Of a DNA stretch of 34,857 bases, positions 32,724-34,857 are shown one piece after another. Source of the stretch: an uncultured virus (IMG/VR IMGVR_UViG_3300038489_000010) (lineage: Duplodnaviria > Heunggongvirae > Uroviricota > Caudoviricetes); IMG/VR virus record IMGVR_UViG_3300038489_000010; one strand, 5' to 3'. A program made the translations under genes and the position numbers. The notes under the pieces are model-generated. The model ran no database searches, was not told the origin of the DNA, and saw only the letters and a list, made by a program, of their open reading frames with translations. Position 1 is the first letter of the stretch; every line of letters starts with the position of its first letter.

Positions 32724-33709
32724 GATATAGAAGAAAGATGAAAATGCCGGTTTGGAGTTTGCCAGGATTTGAAACAGGATTTGAAGGTGGACAGGTATAT
32801 GGAGGAGAGTCAACAATGTATGACGATGCGTTAGGCACTAAGAGATATGGATTTGCGCAAAGTATTCCATAGTTATCATAGCCAGCAGCGCCTAATATAA
32901 ACATAGGTGATATAAACGCATAGATGAACCAATAGAAACAAATAAATTGGAGCTCAGATTCAATACCACTACAATAGCAAAATAATGGAAACATATTTGG
33001 ACCAAATAACCAAGAAATATGGAATAAAAGTGCTGATTTTACTAAAAACACAGCATTGATTAATGGTGTTTAGCAAAAAGCATTTAGTTCAGCTCATGGA
33101 AATGGAGGTGGCGGAGGGAACGTAGGCAACATTGCAGCTAGTGCAGTTTAGTTTTTAGGTGCCACAGCAAACTCGTTTGGAGGAGTACAAAACGCAAACG
33201 AAATGTCTGCTCATTCAGGATAGTCAACAGGTTATGGCGCTGGATATACTTATGCAAAACAGAATAACATAGATGCTGCTAGAGAAATAGCTGAAGTTAA
33301 AAAAGAAAATACAGCAAATACACTTAAAACAACAGGTGCAGGCGTAGGACTTGGTGCTAGTATTGGAGCAGCTATAGGAGGAGTTGCAGGACCAATAGGA
33401 GCAGCAGTTGGAGCTGTTTTAGGTTTAGGAATAGGATTATTGGGTGGTGCAAACAGAAAGCGTAAACTTCGTAGAGCTATATATAATGCTTAGCAGGAGG
33501 TAACTAGAAAAAATACATTTTCTAATGCTTCAGCTCAAACTGATTATTTAACTCAGAATTATTATAACAAATATGGTAATCCATACGATGATTAGATATA
33601 TAATGCAAAGTATGGAAAAGACGCTGATGGATGGAATTTACCTGATAACAGTGTAAAAGGAAAAGCAATAGAATTTAATCGCAAGTTAAGCTTGCCAAAT
33701 ATAAAATAA
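32714..33709 (+). CDS. Cargo / ejection-type protein with glycine-zipper hydrophobic segment (331 aa)
   Basis: GAGVGLGASIGAAIGGVAGPIGAAVGAVLGLGIGLLGG followed by RKRKLRR; 10 TAG; TAA 33707-33709. Confidence 0.7.
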
Positions 33710-33710
33710 A

Positions 33711-34857
33711 ATGATTGATATAAATAAAGCAAAAAGAGTTTATTCGTCTATTGGTAAGATTAATGCGATACCAACAGCTAGAACTGCCAAAGATGAAGTA
33801 ATATGGACTCCGCCACAGGATTATATAGACTCAGGTAAAGTTATAGGAAATTATAGCCAAGGAAAAGACTCTGAAGCAATAGGAGATATAACAAAACAAG
33901 GTGGAGCTGCTAGTAAGGTACTTACTGGAAAAAGAGGACAAGATACAGAATTAGCTAACGTTGGAACAAATGATGTAATCTTTGGAGGATTAACTAATTT
34001 GAGGACTGGTTATAAATATCAAGATGATCCAGTACTTAATACAATGTCTATGCCAATGTTGAATACTTTGAATAAAATTGAAACTAAAATGAGAAAGAAC
34101 CATGAAAAACATGGTTACGACTAGTTCGCTATTAATTCTGAAAAAGTATTCTATAAACTAAGTTAGCCTATGAAAGAAGAAGCTAACAAATATAATGCTA
34201 GTTTAGCACAAGATCAGGCTAATGATAGATAGATATATGACGCTGTTAAACAATATAAAGGACTTATGAGAGCTAAGAACGGAAAAGACTATATGATGTT
34301 GCCTGGATTTGAAACTGGCAAAGGTCCACATGGAGAAGTGAATGAATACAATGCATTACAAGCATCTCTTCCTCCAAAACCAGAAAAATTTAATGGTACT
34401 CAAGAGTAGTGGGAACAATTGCTTGGAGTATATAGAGATCCATTTGTTGTAAATAAACAATATACATCTGGCGGTGTTTATCCTAGATACGCAAAATATA
34501 ATATTTATGTTCCTGTTCCTGAAGTAAAAGATGTAAATATATCAAAAGAACTTGAAAAGAATCCTGTAAAACCAGTTGTACCAGAATATAGATATAAAGA
34601 TAATAATGATGGATATGGACCATATAAACTAAATCCATATGATTCATTATATGTTAATGGAGTAGGTGCTTTAGGAGCTATAGGACAAGCTATAGATGCT
34701 TCTGGTTAGAGAATAAGTACTCCAAATCTATATGCAGCAAATCCATATGCTAGACAAGCTTTGTCTGGTATGGCTAGCGTTAAATACGATCCATATTGGG
34801 TTAGACAGTATATGTAGTAGAATAGTAGAAATACAGCATATAGACTTAATAATTAGG
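33711..34857 (+). CDS. Cargo / ejection-type protein (partial, runs off the window)
   Basis: Fragments 33711 and 34419 in frame; only TAG interruptions seen to the window end. Confidence 0.7.

Noticed and set aside
479..33051. Minus-strand and alternate-frame ORFs in the supplied track
   Set aside because: They shadow continuous + strand code-15 genes, have odd composition and show no recognisable motifs
1..34857. Suppressor tRNA gene
   Set aside because: Intergenic gaps are short and none shows a cloverleaf; the TTCGA at 16941 belongs to a simple hairpin

Overview
This window is the late (virion and lysis) region of a crAss-like (Crassvirales) Bacteroidota phage that reads TAG as Gln (translation table 15). 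The supplied ORF track is fragmented because it stops at TAG. Read through TAG, the + strand tiles almost without gaps into about 30 genes, all complete ones ending in TAA or TGA, many coupled by ATGA/TAATG overlaps. In order: small fibre-like genes; a complete diversity-generating retroelement (target with VR 2571-2660, avd-like gene, TR 3107-3196, reverse transcriptase); small genes including a DUF5675-type putative endolysin; terminase large subunit; portal split by a 363-aa LAGLIDADG intein; a TAG-dense protein with a GH73-like muramidase domain; scaffold-like protein; major capsid protein; ring/connector paralogues; fibres; holin- and spanin-like genes; IHF-like protein; tail tube and stabilisation proteins; and cargo/ejection-type proteins. 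No tRNA was seen. All family calls come from manual translation and motif recognition, not database searches.
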